DNA of 61,575 nt, filler included, from Choristocarpus tenellus KU-1152 (GCA_964200185.2; 5 parts of 5 records of this genome joined end to end with filler, not necessarily neighbours in it), one strand, 5' to 3'; shown: positions 24,946-41,217, counted from the whole stretch's first letter. The notes: generated by a model not told the origin, from the sequence alone. Numbers and translations are program-made.

Positions 24946-27900
24946 ATGAGGCAACAATTTAGCACATGGTTTGGTTGGTGGAGTTAGTGAGGAATGTACA
25001 ATCTCTGCACAATATCTTCTTCTCCGCCACAGTTCCTTGTTAAACAGGGCTTGAGGTCGCCATCCCCACCTTCTAGGTCTACTAAGAAATACTTTGTATA
25101 CATATGTACAGTATCTGCTTTAGTAATATGCTTCTGTGCTTGCATCCGGTAGAGGGATATAGAGCCGGTAGGGTGCGCATCATTTTGCTTCGTACAGCAT
25201 GATTGAGATTAGTACCCATTGAGAGTGTGCGGTAGGGTTAGAGTTGAATCAGAAATACGTGTAACAACCCAGAGGTTGGAGCTATGGGGTGCGGTCAGTT
25301 TATATCTAGATTTTTGAGGCTCAAGATACCCAGCAATGCTGTGTTGGACTTTTAGTGCTGCGTCAATGAACTGTAAAAGATCTATGTAGTGTCGTTTTTT
25401 TCTTCTGGTATTGCATATGAAAGCAAGTCAGTTACTCAGAGATTCCAAGTGCATTAGAGGAATGTGGATAGTTTGATCAGGATCAAGGAGACGGATCTCC
25501 CAATACTGATTTTCTTTTCATAGTTCTATGGAGACTACTCTGGAGTGGACTGTTTTAGTTTATCCATGTATTGTCTTGTTAGTCCGGGTCTGTAGGAATA
25601 TTCATGATCGAAAAGAACATACTTCAAGGTAGTCTTTTCAAGTTCAAAATATCAAGAACAGAACAAGGACAGGTCTTCATTGTTGTCCTTGAACATGTGT
25701 GGTAGGACTCTACCCAGATGATCAAACCCGAGCATCTTTGGGAGCCTATATATAATTTCCTGTATGATACCAGTGTACACATTGTCCTTTGTTAAGAATG
25801 TGCCTTTTTTCATGTGTAAAAGATTATTCTGTAGGAGAAACATTGAGTTTTTGAACTATTGTTGGGTAACGGGATAATTGATAGTAATGTCTTTTTCAGG
25901 CGACTACGACAATATTATCCGGGTTATTGTAGTCCAATAAGAAGGATACTAGAAAAGGAATGTTGTAGCAAGTAACACAGATTGAGTGACGAGTTATTAC
26001 TGATCAGGGATGAGCGAAAGGTTTATCATCCCCCCCTCTTGAATTGTGTTCTCACTCCAACTTTCTACCTACTAGAACATAACTGAGAAGGAATGAAACT
26101 TCATATTTCAACATCAAGACTTGGGATTCTGCACATTCTTCAACATCCTTCCTCCTTGCGGCAATTGCGCGAGGAAGAGAAGAACCAGCTTAGAGGTAGT
26201 GCTAATTTCTGCGGACCAAGATTGAAGGGAGTTGGTAGTGTACGTGCGGGCATGTTTTCCAGTGTATTGCTTTGTGATCTCTTCCAACGCAGTTGTACAG
26301 TTATGTATAGGACATACGAATACAAAATATCGCTCCCTTGAGAATATATTTGGTGGTGTTGACACTTCCATCGCACGCCTGGAGTATATTTTGGTACTTG
26401 CCGTATTTCTTTTCCATTTTTTTTTTCTACTTGTCGCCACTCTGACCACAAGTCTAAGGACGTCAACCAACTAGGATAAAAAATATAGTAACACTTTCAA
26501 GTACTAAAATGAGCATGTATATTTGTCACCATAATTTCTCTGTTTTGTTTCTAAAATCGTCTATTGTTGTTGCAGTTCATCGATCAGGTACATTTTTTAG
26601 TATCTGCAACCTGAAATAAAAAAAAGGGTTAAGGTTAGGTTTAAGCCTCCAGTGTATTCGAGACCTTGGATAGTTTTTGTAAAATGTTAGAGATGTGCGG
26701 CAATTCTACAGAATATGAACCAAACAGCAATGAATGGCACAAGTCCAGTCTGTCGAAGGGACCCAAACAAAAGACATTCCGTATTTTTTTACAGTTCTTT
26801 TCCCCTCATCTTCACTTTTAATTACTATCCCATTCATAATTAATTGAACCGAAAAAGTAAGGATTTAGTTTGTAGTTTGTCAAGATTATGCTTGACTATT
26901 TATGATAATATGATTTGAAGTATTATTTTTTGTACGCACAGACGATAATGCGGGACATTCGAGATATTAAGTCGGGGCATTTGATCGGAAGTAATCGACG
27001 GACTATTAGAGTCGGAGTGTTTCTGACGGGTAATAGAGAAACGTTGAGTCATTTGGTATTCTGAGTCATTCAATGTTAGGATTGGTGAGCCCCACCACCT
27101 AGTGCAAGTATCTCACTCTCTTCTCAACTGTGGTACAAGCTAATAAGCAATAATATATATAACTAGTTGTGTGGGACAACAGATCGTCAAGGACAGCTTA
27201 ACATAGTTGCCTGTCGAGATCCAGTCCAGAGCAGACCCCTTGAAGCCAACTGATTTCTTGCCAGCCTGTCTTGTCTCATGTTCGTGGATAGTGCTGCTGA
27301 TACACGATATATACATCATTGGTGGAGTAGATAATAGGATGGAGAGGGTGATATATACACCTTATGTATTGACTCACTAGTGTCCACCGATTTGTATTAT
27401 GTTCTAGATAGGCTTGTTTTACTGAAGACAAGTTAGTGATTCATAGTAAATGTGTACGATTGCAAAACCCACACTCTAGGAATAGTAATGGGTGCCACCA
27501 GTTGTGAGGCCCATGAGTTCAGTCAACGGAACTGAGACCATAAGAACCTGGTAACATCAACATTATATGTTCACACCAACGAGCATTGTCTTCTACCAAG
27601 GCACACGAATGACAATCTTATTTTTTTAAAACGGGTCCAGAGTGGAATACTTCAACATCTTCCTCGGACCATACCACACTCGACTACATGACCTGCACAT
27701 CTCTGCCCTTACATTTCTGCACTGGGAGATGTGATAGTACCTACCCAGGGGGTTGAAGGGCTCTTGAGGTAATTCATGAGTTTTCTCCAGTAGGTGCTAC
27801 AGGGAAGAGCCCTATATAGAAGTTTTCTTAAATGCCTGTAATGTGATTTGAGAGTAAATGGGGAGTGACGAGCAAGTGGGATGGCTGAAGAACCCAAAAC

Positions 27901-27962
27901 GTGGTGAGAAGCAAGACGTGAATGGGGCAAGTACGATCGGTAGTATTTTTTTGTACGGCACT

Positions 27963-28140
27963 GGACCAAAATATCTGGGGGGGGGGTAGCGGCTGTCCAT
28001 TTTGAGTCAAATTTTTCATGTCGCGATTTTTGGGTGATTTGGTTGCATACGTCGGATGGATAATGTAAATACACTTTTCCTGGTTACGACCCAAATGGAC
28101 ACCCTGGCGTAGACCCCCTCCCCCCCAGACACTTTGGGTC
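27963..28140 (+). mobile_element. MITE family B, full length
   Basis: GGACCAAAATATCTG(n)...CCCCCAGACACTTTGGGTC; flanks ACT/ACT; interior similar to the 13327 copy. Confidence 0.88.
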
Positions 28141-28856
28141 ACTTAGTTATGATGGTAGTTACTATGAGATAAGTGCAACGTGTGTAGCGCCTCTGACCAC
28201 TGGTCGGGATAGTCCCCACCACACCTCAGTGACTTATGATCATTATGACCTACAACCCGTTCAACAATATTTTACTATTAACCAATAGCTATAGAAGTTC
28301 CACTAGTTTTAGATACTATTGTTGCTGTTGTCTCCGCATTACACTAGTAGTCTTGGGATTATCATGACTTGTGGTCAGAGGCACTATACACCGCGCTACT
28401 TCCCATACTATCTCCTGACTGTTACAATGTTATTTGTACTGTATCTACTCATGCATTACTTATCTCGTGCATTGTCACTATCCTTACCGGTTCCATCGGT
28501 CCTTCAACTTGTGCTTGACCAGCCTCGAAGTTTCCACCTCGATCTTGATTTTACACTTTGGTGGTATAGTCACACAGACAGGATACAAGTATAGGTGTGC
28601 AATCCGTTGTGCTTGCCACGTGGCACTGGATCATCGAATCTAGATATTTGTGAAAAGGAATCTGGAGTCGAAGGGGTTCGAACCACCGAAATTCACGCAG
28701 AAAACAACCTCAACAACATCTTTCCAATCTGAAGGACAACGTAGCAACACGATCTCAACGTAGCGTTGCTTGGTACCTAACTACTACTACAAGTAAGAAA
28801 TATGATACAGAGAAGCACACCTTTTCCCACCAACCACCCAACAAGGGAGATGCAAC

Positions 28857-31501
<2,645 letters not shown>

Positions 31502-32516
31502 TGCTCTACCTCTACATGCAATGGTGTCCTTGTGCATCTATTTGCACCCTTTTAGCATTTTTTTTGTGTGTGCAACTATCTGCAGTCATGATTCAGTATC
31601 AAATTCCTTCTGCTTATTTTTATTATGTATTTTTTCTAGGTGAATGTCATGACATTCCTGCCGAAGCCCTCTTCGAACTTCCTTGCCAAATGCCAATCTC
31701 AAGGTTCAACCGAGGAGTAAGAGAAGTTGGGGGAGAGTTGAGAGACGTGCAACATACTACAAAGGAGAGTCATGTTTTGAGTTAATATTAGAAGTCCGGT
31801 CTGTTCTCCCTCCACATAAGATTTTAACATCCTGTAGGTACAATCTGAAGCTTAACTCTTGCACCTTTACAGATGCGAACAGTTAATGTTAATACCACCT
31901 GTGTATTGAAGAAGGCACAGACACACAAGCGGGGATAACAGAAACAGGGATCAAAGAGATAAGGGATTTCATTCAAACTGTGACCACAGCGTGGTCTATG
32001 AATGGACCCAATAGTAATGTTCTGCGGTGAGGCTCTCTGTAATGTACAGATACCTGCATCTCCCACAAGCAATATTCAGATACATTGTATGGTGGTGGAC
32101 AATGATTACGTGGAAGTCATCCATGGAAGCTTAATTGTGTATTTGGTGCAGAAAAGAATATTTGAGAGTAGGAAAATTGATCAGTGGGGAGAGACAACAT
32201 CTCATCATGAGACAAAATCAGAGTTAAAAGGAATAGGATCAGTTGTGCAAAGTTGGTCAAGGCACAAGTGTTTTTTGGGGGGGATTCTCCTCTCCTCAGT
32301 GCTCAATGGTTGTATGTTGAAGTATTGAGAGTGATGAAACACCTTGAACACTCCTAGCTGAACTATATTATGCGTAAATATTTGGATGGACTGACCCAAG
32401 GGGTAGTGAATGATATGAACGCATCTGCTTTCCTACTCTGCAATGCACATGATGTAACTGACACCTTGAGAAATTCGGTGGGGATAAGTATTCAGGTACA
32501 ATATTAATAGTTAACA

Positions 32517-33115
32517 TTGTAATCATCTGGGCACCAAAAAGACGCCCACAGGAACAGATTCTTGGGATAAAGTCGCCCTTGCACTGTAGGTATGCACTCC
32601 ATCCAGAAATCCCCAGCATATAGTACCCTAGATAATATCACGAACTCCTAGATGACACACACACACAACACACGGTCGTGTAGCACTAGGGTGGCAAGGG
32701 AGAGGTGTAAACCGTGTAGGAAGCGTCTGAACAAAGGACATACTTTTGTCGACAACTCGTTCGGTGTGGGTGGGGAATATCAACTCTGCTCCGTCGAGGA
32801 TGATAGCATACCTCACTACCACATCCTTTTCTTCCAAGGCAAGAACGTTTTCGTCCCCTTCAACAGACTGCGGATATACCCTTATCGTTCTGATCCAAAT
32901 GGACCATCAATGTATGTGCCATGTTAAGTGACTTCTTTGGTATTAGCCCGGGAGGATGTGTACAACGAGCAGATTAGACATTTTATTTCGTGGACATTCA
33001 CTCATTACCACAATACACCCACTTGATTGTCACAAAGGAATCCCTCGGTGTAATTCTGAAGAGGATGCGTACAACTTTCTCATCGACCTTGCTCCACCGC
33101 TCTTCCTTATATTCC
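32517..33115 (-). CDS. Putative small gene, divergent from the YgfZ-like gene
   Basis: Exon 32867-32744 (SVEGDENVLALEEKDVVVRYAIILDGAELIFPTHTERVVDK) joins in phase to an exon from 32583 (MQGRLYPKNLFLWASFWCPDDYN). Upstream exon-like HLEYKEERWSKVDEKVVRILFRITPRDSFVTIK. No homology recognised. Confidence 0.35.
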
Positions 33116-33531
33116 AGATGCTATGAGTCAAGGGCATCAGGAATCTCAAATCTATCATCAGAGGAGGGTTTAATTTCATTCAATATGTCGCTGGAGTCCA
33201 CGTAAGGGCTTCCAACTGTTAAAGTCGACCCTGCAAATCACCGACAGTTGGTGTAGTTAAACCTATTTCCCTTTTTGAAATTAACTCATTACATTATAGC
33301 AGACGCAATAGAAAGGCACTCCTCGACAAACTATATGCAGCACCATTTCACACTGCCTATGGCGCTGTGTGGGTTGCAGTACCATTATTAGTACATTTCA
33401 TCTGTTGAAGTGGAGAAAGTTGAGGAAGTGTCTTTCCTGTTCGCTACAGGGCGCGCCTTGTAGCAAGAATCATGATCCCTTCTCACTACCTCTTCTGATC
33501 CTCCACATCATCTTGCCACAACAGGTCCTCT

Positions 33532-36308
33532 ATGCATCCTTCTCCGAAAACCTCTTTCTTCTCGGTTCTTTTCGCAGCATGTACATGGCCAAGCAGTTTG
33601 GTGGATAGCATCACGGTGCTCGGAGTAGCCTTCACTTCCAGTCCGTTCTACCCCCCTGCTAGCTATCCCACCCAACTCAGAGCATCGCGGACAACTCAAA
33701 TCAGTTGTAGCTTGGATGGGCTAAGGGAGACGCAGCGTGCCATAGGTAGAGGTGTTATAACTGACATCACTTACGAAGGTTAGTTTACATGCAGTGTAAA
33801 TGTTGAGAATTTTCTTAAGTCTATTTGCGCACATAAGCTACGCTACGTGACTATTGTTGAGTCCTGTAAGGCATGCAAACCTTACGTAAGATGTTGCACC
33901 ACCTTAGAAGGACAGAGTACTCCCTCCTGTAAGTGCGATGCTACGCATTCCATGGCATAGGGCACAAGCAAGTTGCAGTACTGAAGAAGTGTAGACAAGA
34001 AATGGACCGAATGGGATAAGTTGCAGGCGTTGCATCGTCCATCACTCCCAACCAACCTGAACCAGTGCAGGGTAAAATTTCTCGCACAGGGCAACCGTGC
34101 AGTGACGTCTTTGTTTCTGGGTATGACCGTGACCTTCCTGTGGGTCTGAGAGTTCAAGGAGTGGAGGACGCCCTCCGTTCAAGGGTACTCTTGGTCGACC
34201 GATCTCACTGGGGCTTAATATCTGTGAAGGGCGAAGATCGACTGCGATTCCTCCACAGTCAAAGCACGAACAACTTTGAGGGAGCTGTGACAGGTGAGAT
34301 ACAGTAAGTTTTGTGAAAGGGGTGGATGAAGATATCAAATATTGTATAATCTCCTCGGATAGTTCGGTGCAGATGGAATGGAAACTCCACCACGACAAGA
34401 CCCCGCACATTTTCTACTAAATAGATGGTGTGAGAGAGACAAGCGTTCAATTTTACCAGTTGAAATCTCCACATCACCACATCGACACTTCTTGAATGCA
34501 TCCCAACCCTTCCTTTGGCATGTATGCACAATAATATCTTATGGCAGGGAGTGTGATCCCTGCATGTATCGTGACCAATACAGGCCGGATGGTGGATTAC
34601 TGTGAGTGTGTGGTTCTCCCTGACGAGATTAAGCTCTTGTGCTCACCAAACCGTTGGCAGACACTGTTGGAGACGTTTAATAAGTTCATCTTCCCCATGG
34701 ACAGGTGAATTGAAAAGGCATCTCGTCCTTTGTTGGTGGGGGGGATGTCTACACCCCAACTTAGGTTCATTCTGCCAGTCCACATCTCGAAATGGACGCT
34801 ATGTTACTCTAGTACTCTGGACTCTTCTATAGCGGTTCATTTACTCTTTGTTAATCAAACAAAATCTATTTCCCATACCATAATGCAGGGTAACAGTCAC
34901 CAGTGCTTCAGAGGAGACTGCCATCTTCACAATAGCTGGACCTGAAGCACTCGAGAAGCTCCTGGCTTTGGGCTGTAGCGCTAACCCTGCACCTGGCAAG
35001 GTTCTGACTTGGACCTTCAACGGAGAAGAAGTAAGGACCGACTTAGGTTTTGGATTTTTTGCGCCGATACTTGATGATTTTGAAAACTCACTATGGTGTG
35101 ATGTGCTCAAGAAAATTACCTTTTGTGGTCAAAGCTACATGGACAGCAATACTGTTAAATGGAATGCCAAGTGTAAGGACTTGAGAGTACCAAATTTCGT
35201 CCATTACCAGGTGCGGGTTTTGGGATCGAGTAATCTAGAACCACTGGAGGAGGGTGAACGCCTGTCAAGGAAGGAGAATTTTGATTCTGTTACGGAGTAC
35301 ACTCTATTGGTACCGAGTGCGGTGGCCGCTGAGCTGTGGGAAATGTTTGCTAGCGTAAGTTGTCTAACGCTTGCTGGAGAAGATGAGTGGCAGTTCCTAA
35401 GGATAAAGCAAGGTGAGTTTAGTGCTTGCTTTTCAATGGGGACCGTGGCTTCTCAACAGGCAAGCGTTGCCTATGATGCTGTTGCGCGATGCGCTGACAC
35501 AACTTTTTTACCCCCATTCGAGTGAATGTTGATTGCTCTTTCGGCACCGATGGTGCAATAACTGGTACAACTGACGGTAAGGTTGACCTTCTGATGTGGA
35601 GGTACAGCGTGGCCTTTTCTGTGACCCTTCCACAACTTTTTTTTATTTTTATTTTTATTTTTATTTTTTTCCTCGTGATAACTTTCTCATACCAAGGATC
35701 AAATGATGCATCTCCATCCATGCCTTCGGAACGGGTTGGCCGATCTACTCGTCTGAAATTGTTACCTCGATTGAATCGACGCTCCTGCTGCAGGGATACC
35801 CTTCGCAGGCAAGGAGCTCACCAAAGACTACAACCCCCTCCAGGCGGGCCTTTGGCATTCGGTCCACTTTGATAAGGGGTGCTACATTGGTCAGGAGACC
35901 ATCTCCAGAGTTAATGCTTACAATGCCGTAAAGTCCCAGTTGTTCGGTGTGGTTTTCACAGAAGGAGGCGAGGTGGAAGAAGGGACAATCCTTTTCCTCG
36001 AAGGCGCAAAGGAGAGGTGTGGCACCAACTTTCACGGGGCTCTTTGTGTATGACATTAGACACATGTATGTGTCTTACAAGATGTTCTTTATCCATAACC
36101 TAGGTTATGCACGCTTGACACTCCACTACTTGAAATATCCAGTAATCGAGAAGTTAACCACATGTATCCACCACATGTATCCTACTCTGAAGTGCATTTC
36201 GGCCCTGACAATCAAACCATCCGCCTGAGTACAAAGCACAGTGCATGTAGGTGACCCCTGCTTTGATACAACTGGAAGATGACATTGAATCATCACATTA
36301 GAGACGAC

Positions 36309-36345
<37 letters not shown>

Positions 36346-37292
36346 TTGTAGAGGAATGGATTAATTTTTATGCTCCTGAATTTTGTTCCCTGCAATCGCT
36401 GTCTCAGGGCCGGTGTGGTGACATCAATGATGGACCTCAAGATGACATCGAAATGTCAGGGGTTGGCCTATGTCAACAAGAAGACGGGTGGGGTGGGACT
36501 GAAGGTGAGTCTTGTCCGTCGTTCTTCTTGCACAGCAGACGGGGAATTGGGCATTGACTTCTACTCTAGAGACACGGTCCAACCGCCTTTGCCCTCGGTC
36601 TCCTGTCTTGCCGTTTCAAGCACAACCTACTCGCTACGTTTTTCGGGCGGGAAGGCGTTGGCAACCGACTTTGTTGACTGGGGAGGGGTACTGAAGGATC
36701 TTGCCCTTCTTTCATGCCCTACGCGACTCTCAACAACGTGACAGGAGTAACTGACAACACGAACCGGTTTGTGTAGAGGTTAATGCAGTGATTGGGAGTT
36801 CAAGCAAGCAGGGTGAGGCGAAGTGTCTTGGGGTCTCTGGCTCTTGTTCCGTTTCGCTTTCCCCGGTGAGAATTCGAGTTCGAGTGTAGGGATCAACGAC
36901 CGTTATTCACCTTTCACTTCACGCCTTTCCATTCTTAGTAACTCCTGTACGTACTGGGGGTACTTCGAAATTATCCTGCGCATGGGTTTGAGGTAAATTA
37001 GGTCGCAGATCGATTCGTCCCTCGTCCTAGTTGTTGGAGGAGATGGACGCGGTAAATTCAGTGCCAATCCAAACACACTCGAAGGAGAGTTGAAATTGCA
37101 AAATTTTGTGGGAGTTCAAAATGTGGATCTTGTAAAGGACTGGTCGATGCGCTTCACGCTCCAGGCTACAAAACGTTTACAACTCAGGCAGTGTTGTGCC
37201 CAACGCTGGCCTTGCGCCTAGAACGGTTCAACCACATTTGATGCGAGACAGGTGTTATTCATTTCACGAGACAGACGTGTGAGGGTCGTTTT

Positions 37293-37347
<55 letters not shown>

Positions 37348-39480
37348 GTACTGTCTGTTGTTCAGCAAACGTTTGAGATTTCATTCGTTCTTTGTTGTCC
37401 GTTGTCCGGAACAGGCTTTGATTCCATTTGCTTTATTATTATTATTATTAATCAGTGAAGTGGTCCCGTTACATTTTTTTTTCGCACCGGTTTGATATTC
37501 TAAAACAATGTGAAAAACAGAAGACGTTTAGCACAGGAGGAAAAAGAAAGAAGAAAAAAAAAAGAGTGCGAAGAGGAAAAATATGAAAGTTCGTCGTCGG
37601 AGTTAGTTACTCGGTAGATTCCTCATCCAGCAAATAAAATAGATAAGAGCCCTTTTTGTTACATGTCGTCTATTGTTTGACACGCGGTTGAGCCAACATG
37701 GTCTGTGAAGTCCATCTTGTCCAGGAAAACATTTGCAACCATTTGCCCCACATCATTAGTTGTCCGGACAGCACTTTGTCCTGTATGACGCTGAAGTGTT
37801 GTGTCATGTTATGAGATCGTTGTGCTGCGTTTTTCAAGGCGTAATGATGTTGATGAACCTCAAAAGTATTAGGTGATGGCAGGCCGGGGGGATGCCGCCT
37901 TGTACACCGCAGTTCGTTTGAGGGAGCGCTTTGTTGTGTAGGTGGGACTCTCAGTGACTTAGGCTTGTTGCAGTCTGACTTATAGGGAAGGAAGGGGTCA
38001 TGTTGTGAAAGAAACTTCAAGTCTGGAGTAGTTGTACATGTCTCGGGTTATTTGAACATCCTGGTATGCCCCCAAGTCGTTGGTACTGTAGCAGTACTAT
38101 TAAAATAGTGACGATATTCTGTAACAGTGGATGTGGGGATGCTTTCAATTAGGTTCACGGTAGTTCTAATAATTCTGATGGAAGTAGGTTATAGAGACTC
38201 CTTCTTGTAAAGCCAGCAACTGAGCTTGGTGTAATATTATTGTATTATGGCAGATGCTCTTATTCATATCTGTGTTTTGTCATTTTCTGTGCATGTGTAA
38301 CATTCATTCATTGCAAACACCTCGATAAAATTTCTTACTCTGAAAATAAACGCTCTGCTTACTTATTTCTTGCTCAGGTGGTAACGGAAGGAGGCGTTAC
38401 TGGAAGGATTTTTGATATCCCTTACCCGACAAGGTCAGACGTGGAGAGTGCTCAACCTCCAGTCAAAAAGGCCTCAGAAGAGGCTAAGGAGCAAACAGGT
38501 CAACTGGAAGATGAGGTTGCCAAGGAGGCGTCTAGAAAGGTATTTGCCAACATTCTGTCAGCACCATTGCAAATTTTCCTTGGGAGGGGTGCAAGTACTC
38601 TACTGAATATTACCAAAGATGTGAACAAGCAATAGATGCCACATAACATCGTAAACCTGTGGCAAGATAGGTGTGACTGTGGCAGGGGTAGATGCTGTAC
38701 AGATGGTTTACTGGTTGTCGTATGCCGCCCCCCCTTGTGAGAACATTGTCCTTTTATGTTTTGTATAGTCTCAAGTATATGCCTAAATGCCTTTCCCAGA
38801 GAGCACTTGGTGTTATTACTGTACACGCCGCCAATAGGTGATGACAATATACATATTGATAGTACCTCCCAAGATTGTGGTTTTGTCATAGTTACGCTAT
38901 GAACAAGAAACTATGGATGGACGGTATATATATATACAGTTGTATTACTCTTTATCTTTTTTATTTAACGGATAAAAGTATCCAAGATTTCAGGGTGATA
39001 AAAAAAAAGTGTTTTTTTAGGCATGTTTTATGCTTCCTCATTTCTTAGTCACACTGTATCACTGACTGAAACCGAAAGCCTATTTTGTACAGGGTTACAT
39101 CACCTTGAGATCTATCTATACCCTGAAGCGCATGCGAAGAAAAGGAATCCTTGTGTCCTCTGGACAGCAAGACCAAGTCACCACTTATCTGACATACACT
39201 TTCCTGTATCGACTGAGTTATCAAGCTGAACTACCTTCATCAAATTAGGTTTATATGTTGTATGAGTATAAACAAGAAGAGCATAATACAAGACATACAA
39301 GCTGGCACGCCGAAGTTGTTGCTGATCTAATTAATTTATCCTTAGCAATCGACCCACATAAATCTTTCCAACAAGTTTACACTTAATGTTTTCCCTTTCT
39401 CCTGCCAGGCTGCCAAGCTAGAGGCAATGCAGAAGAAACTGGATGCTCTGAAAGCGGCAAGAAAGAAGACAGCTAGCTGA
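33532..39480 (+). CDS. YgfZ/IBA57/CAF17-like (GcvT-family) folate-binding Fe-S assembly protein, probably plastid-targeted, 9 exons
   Basis: Exons 33532-33745, 34090-34293, 34548-34704, 34889-35030, 35211-35412, 35794-36016, 36408-36504, 38378-38539, 39409-39480 join in phase. Motifs: VDRSHWGLISVKGEDRLRFLHSQSTNNF, KFIFPMDRV, DYNPLQAGLWHSVHFDKGCYIGQETISR (KGCYxGQE YgfZ signature). N-terminal hydrophobic stretch, GVA|F and Ser/Thr/Arg-rich segment suggest a bipartite plastid presequence (exon 1 less certain). Confidence 0.93.
37295..37347. repeat. Compound (TC)n(TA)n microsatellite
   Basis: Seen directly. Other microsatellites: (TC)n ~36313-36342, (TA)n ~20898-20927 and ~45078-45102, (TG)n ~46592 and ~46667. 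Confidence 0.95.
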
Positions 39481-40279
39481 TCATCATTGTAACAGAGATA
39501 AAAACCTAAAGACATTTTTTATGTAGGTGGCTTAATATAGAAAACTCTCACATCTATATACGTGTCACTTTTTCCCTCTTCCAACAGAGTTTTAACACCT
39601 CAACACTGAGGAAAAAGATTCATCTTTCAACCGATACAATGTATGATGTGAGCTAACCATTCTTTTACAGGAAAGCCCCACTCATGATGGGTTGGTGGTA
39701 CCTTGCAAGGTCAGGTTTGTCACGTTCTCCTTGGCAGAAAAAAGTCTCTTCCTGTATTCTACAGATGGCACATCATTATATTATAACCCACAGGTAGAGT
39801 GTTGCAATATTCCTCTTCTGTACTCTGTGAAAGGGATATGCAAGAACAAGTAAGACTCCAGTGGTGCCCAAGCATGCGGTGTGATAGGGTGTTGAAAGGC
39901 ACAACCTCGACAGAGAGTTGGCCCTGAGATTTTATTACATTTATGGTTTGCAGCAGATGCGCCTGTTACGCATTGGCTATGCCAAACCCCGCATGCACTC
40001 ATGCTTACTAGCAGCTCTCAAACACACGTACACTCATCACCCTACACCTCCCTACCCCTTGAAACCAATCACAAGTCTAGATTCCCACAAAATGTTTGTA
40101 TCGCCCCTGTCCAAGCACATGCTATGCCTGCGTGGCGAGGTGTGCAGCTGCTTCTCCTCTCCATTAGATCCTTCCCGTTGCCAATGATCCCATCTTAAGA
40201 GACAATAAACAACCGCACAATTTATACGATCTTCAAATCGGATGCCAAAAAGGCCTCTATTAAGGTTGTCACTATTCAT

Positions 40280-41217
40280 TTAAGAGTCAGCAAGGGGAGG
40301 GGACAGGACAACAATAAGAGCCCCAACGGTGAGGAGTCCAATAGCCGGTCCAGTGTAGCCCCCGAAGTCGCTGGTGGAAGCCGCAAGAAGCAGGTTGTTA
40401 GAAAGCTCAGCCATCTGGTTGTGTGCTTCCTCGGGGATGGCTGGCAGCACATCCGCGATGGACTCGAGGCCCATCTTCATGTTGGTGTTTGATGCGGAAA
40501 CCGCGGGGCGGACTGGAGCCGCGAAAGATCCAGTCCTCACTGCAGCAGGGCAAGGGAATAGGTAAGCAAGCACCCCCCGCATGGACGAGGCAAAGCAAAG
40601 TCCATGGTCCTTACGCACTCTGACGCAGAAAAGTGTTCGAAGACTTGACGTTCATGAACACACAGAAGGCTGACAACACCAATCTAGTGGCTAGTGCATC
40701 TATATTTTATAGAGAATATGCAGGCCAGGTGGCCAATGTTACATGCGCGTAAAGCTTCTTAGGACCTGCCCGATACTTTCTTTCACCATGGCATTCAATT
40801 TCATCTATGCTATTTTGATTGTGTAGTGTCCCAACATGTGAACTCAATTCATGACTGTATAAGAAACCTCCAGCAACACCTTACAACTGATTGCGAACGT
40901 ACACTAAGGATGTGTTGTCAGCGATATGTAGTCCTCCAGAAAAAATGCCTGGAGCTTCGCCAAAGTTGGAGACCAAGCTTTAACCTCAACCAACAAGTGA
41001 CTTCAAAATGGGTGCGTATAGTGATCTAAACAGGAACACCGATCTGGTGCAATCACATGCCCCCAGTCGAAAAGCCAAAACTTGCAACCCGAAATGCATC
41101 CCCTTCTCCAACACATCATGTATGAACGCAGGAGCCTATCTCACCAACAGAGGTCGGTGCCACAAATGCACTGGCGCACATGGCGCAGAGGGCGAGGATC
41201 ACAGCTGTAAGCTTCAT
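40280..41217 (-). CDS. Small plastid-targeted single-TM protein of unknown function, 2 exons (110 aa precursor)
   Basis: Exon 1 41217-41145 (MKLTAVILALCAMCASAFVAPTSV) ends at a GTGAG donor. Exon 2 40539-40280 follows CTGCAG, phase 1 matches. It continues VRTGSFAAPVRPAVSASNTNMKMGLESIADVLPAIPEEAHNQMAELSNNLLLAASTSDFGGYTGPAIGLLTVGALIVVLSPPLADS*. Canonical ASA|FxAP motif. Confidence 0.9.

Noticed and set aside
33010-33230. In-frame TAG inside a minus-strand coding-like stretch (possible readthrough)
   Set aside because: More simply explained as a splice acceptor (CTCATAG); the confident genes give no sign of recoding.
36775-36870. Possible alternative last exon of the YgfZ-like gene (..LGSLALVPFRFPR*)
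   Set aside because: No in-phase acceptor without a stop; the exon at 38378 supplies the expected C-terminus.
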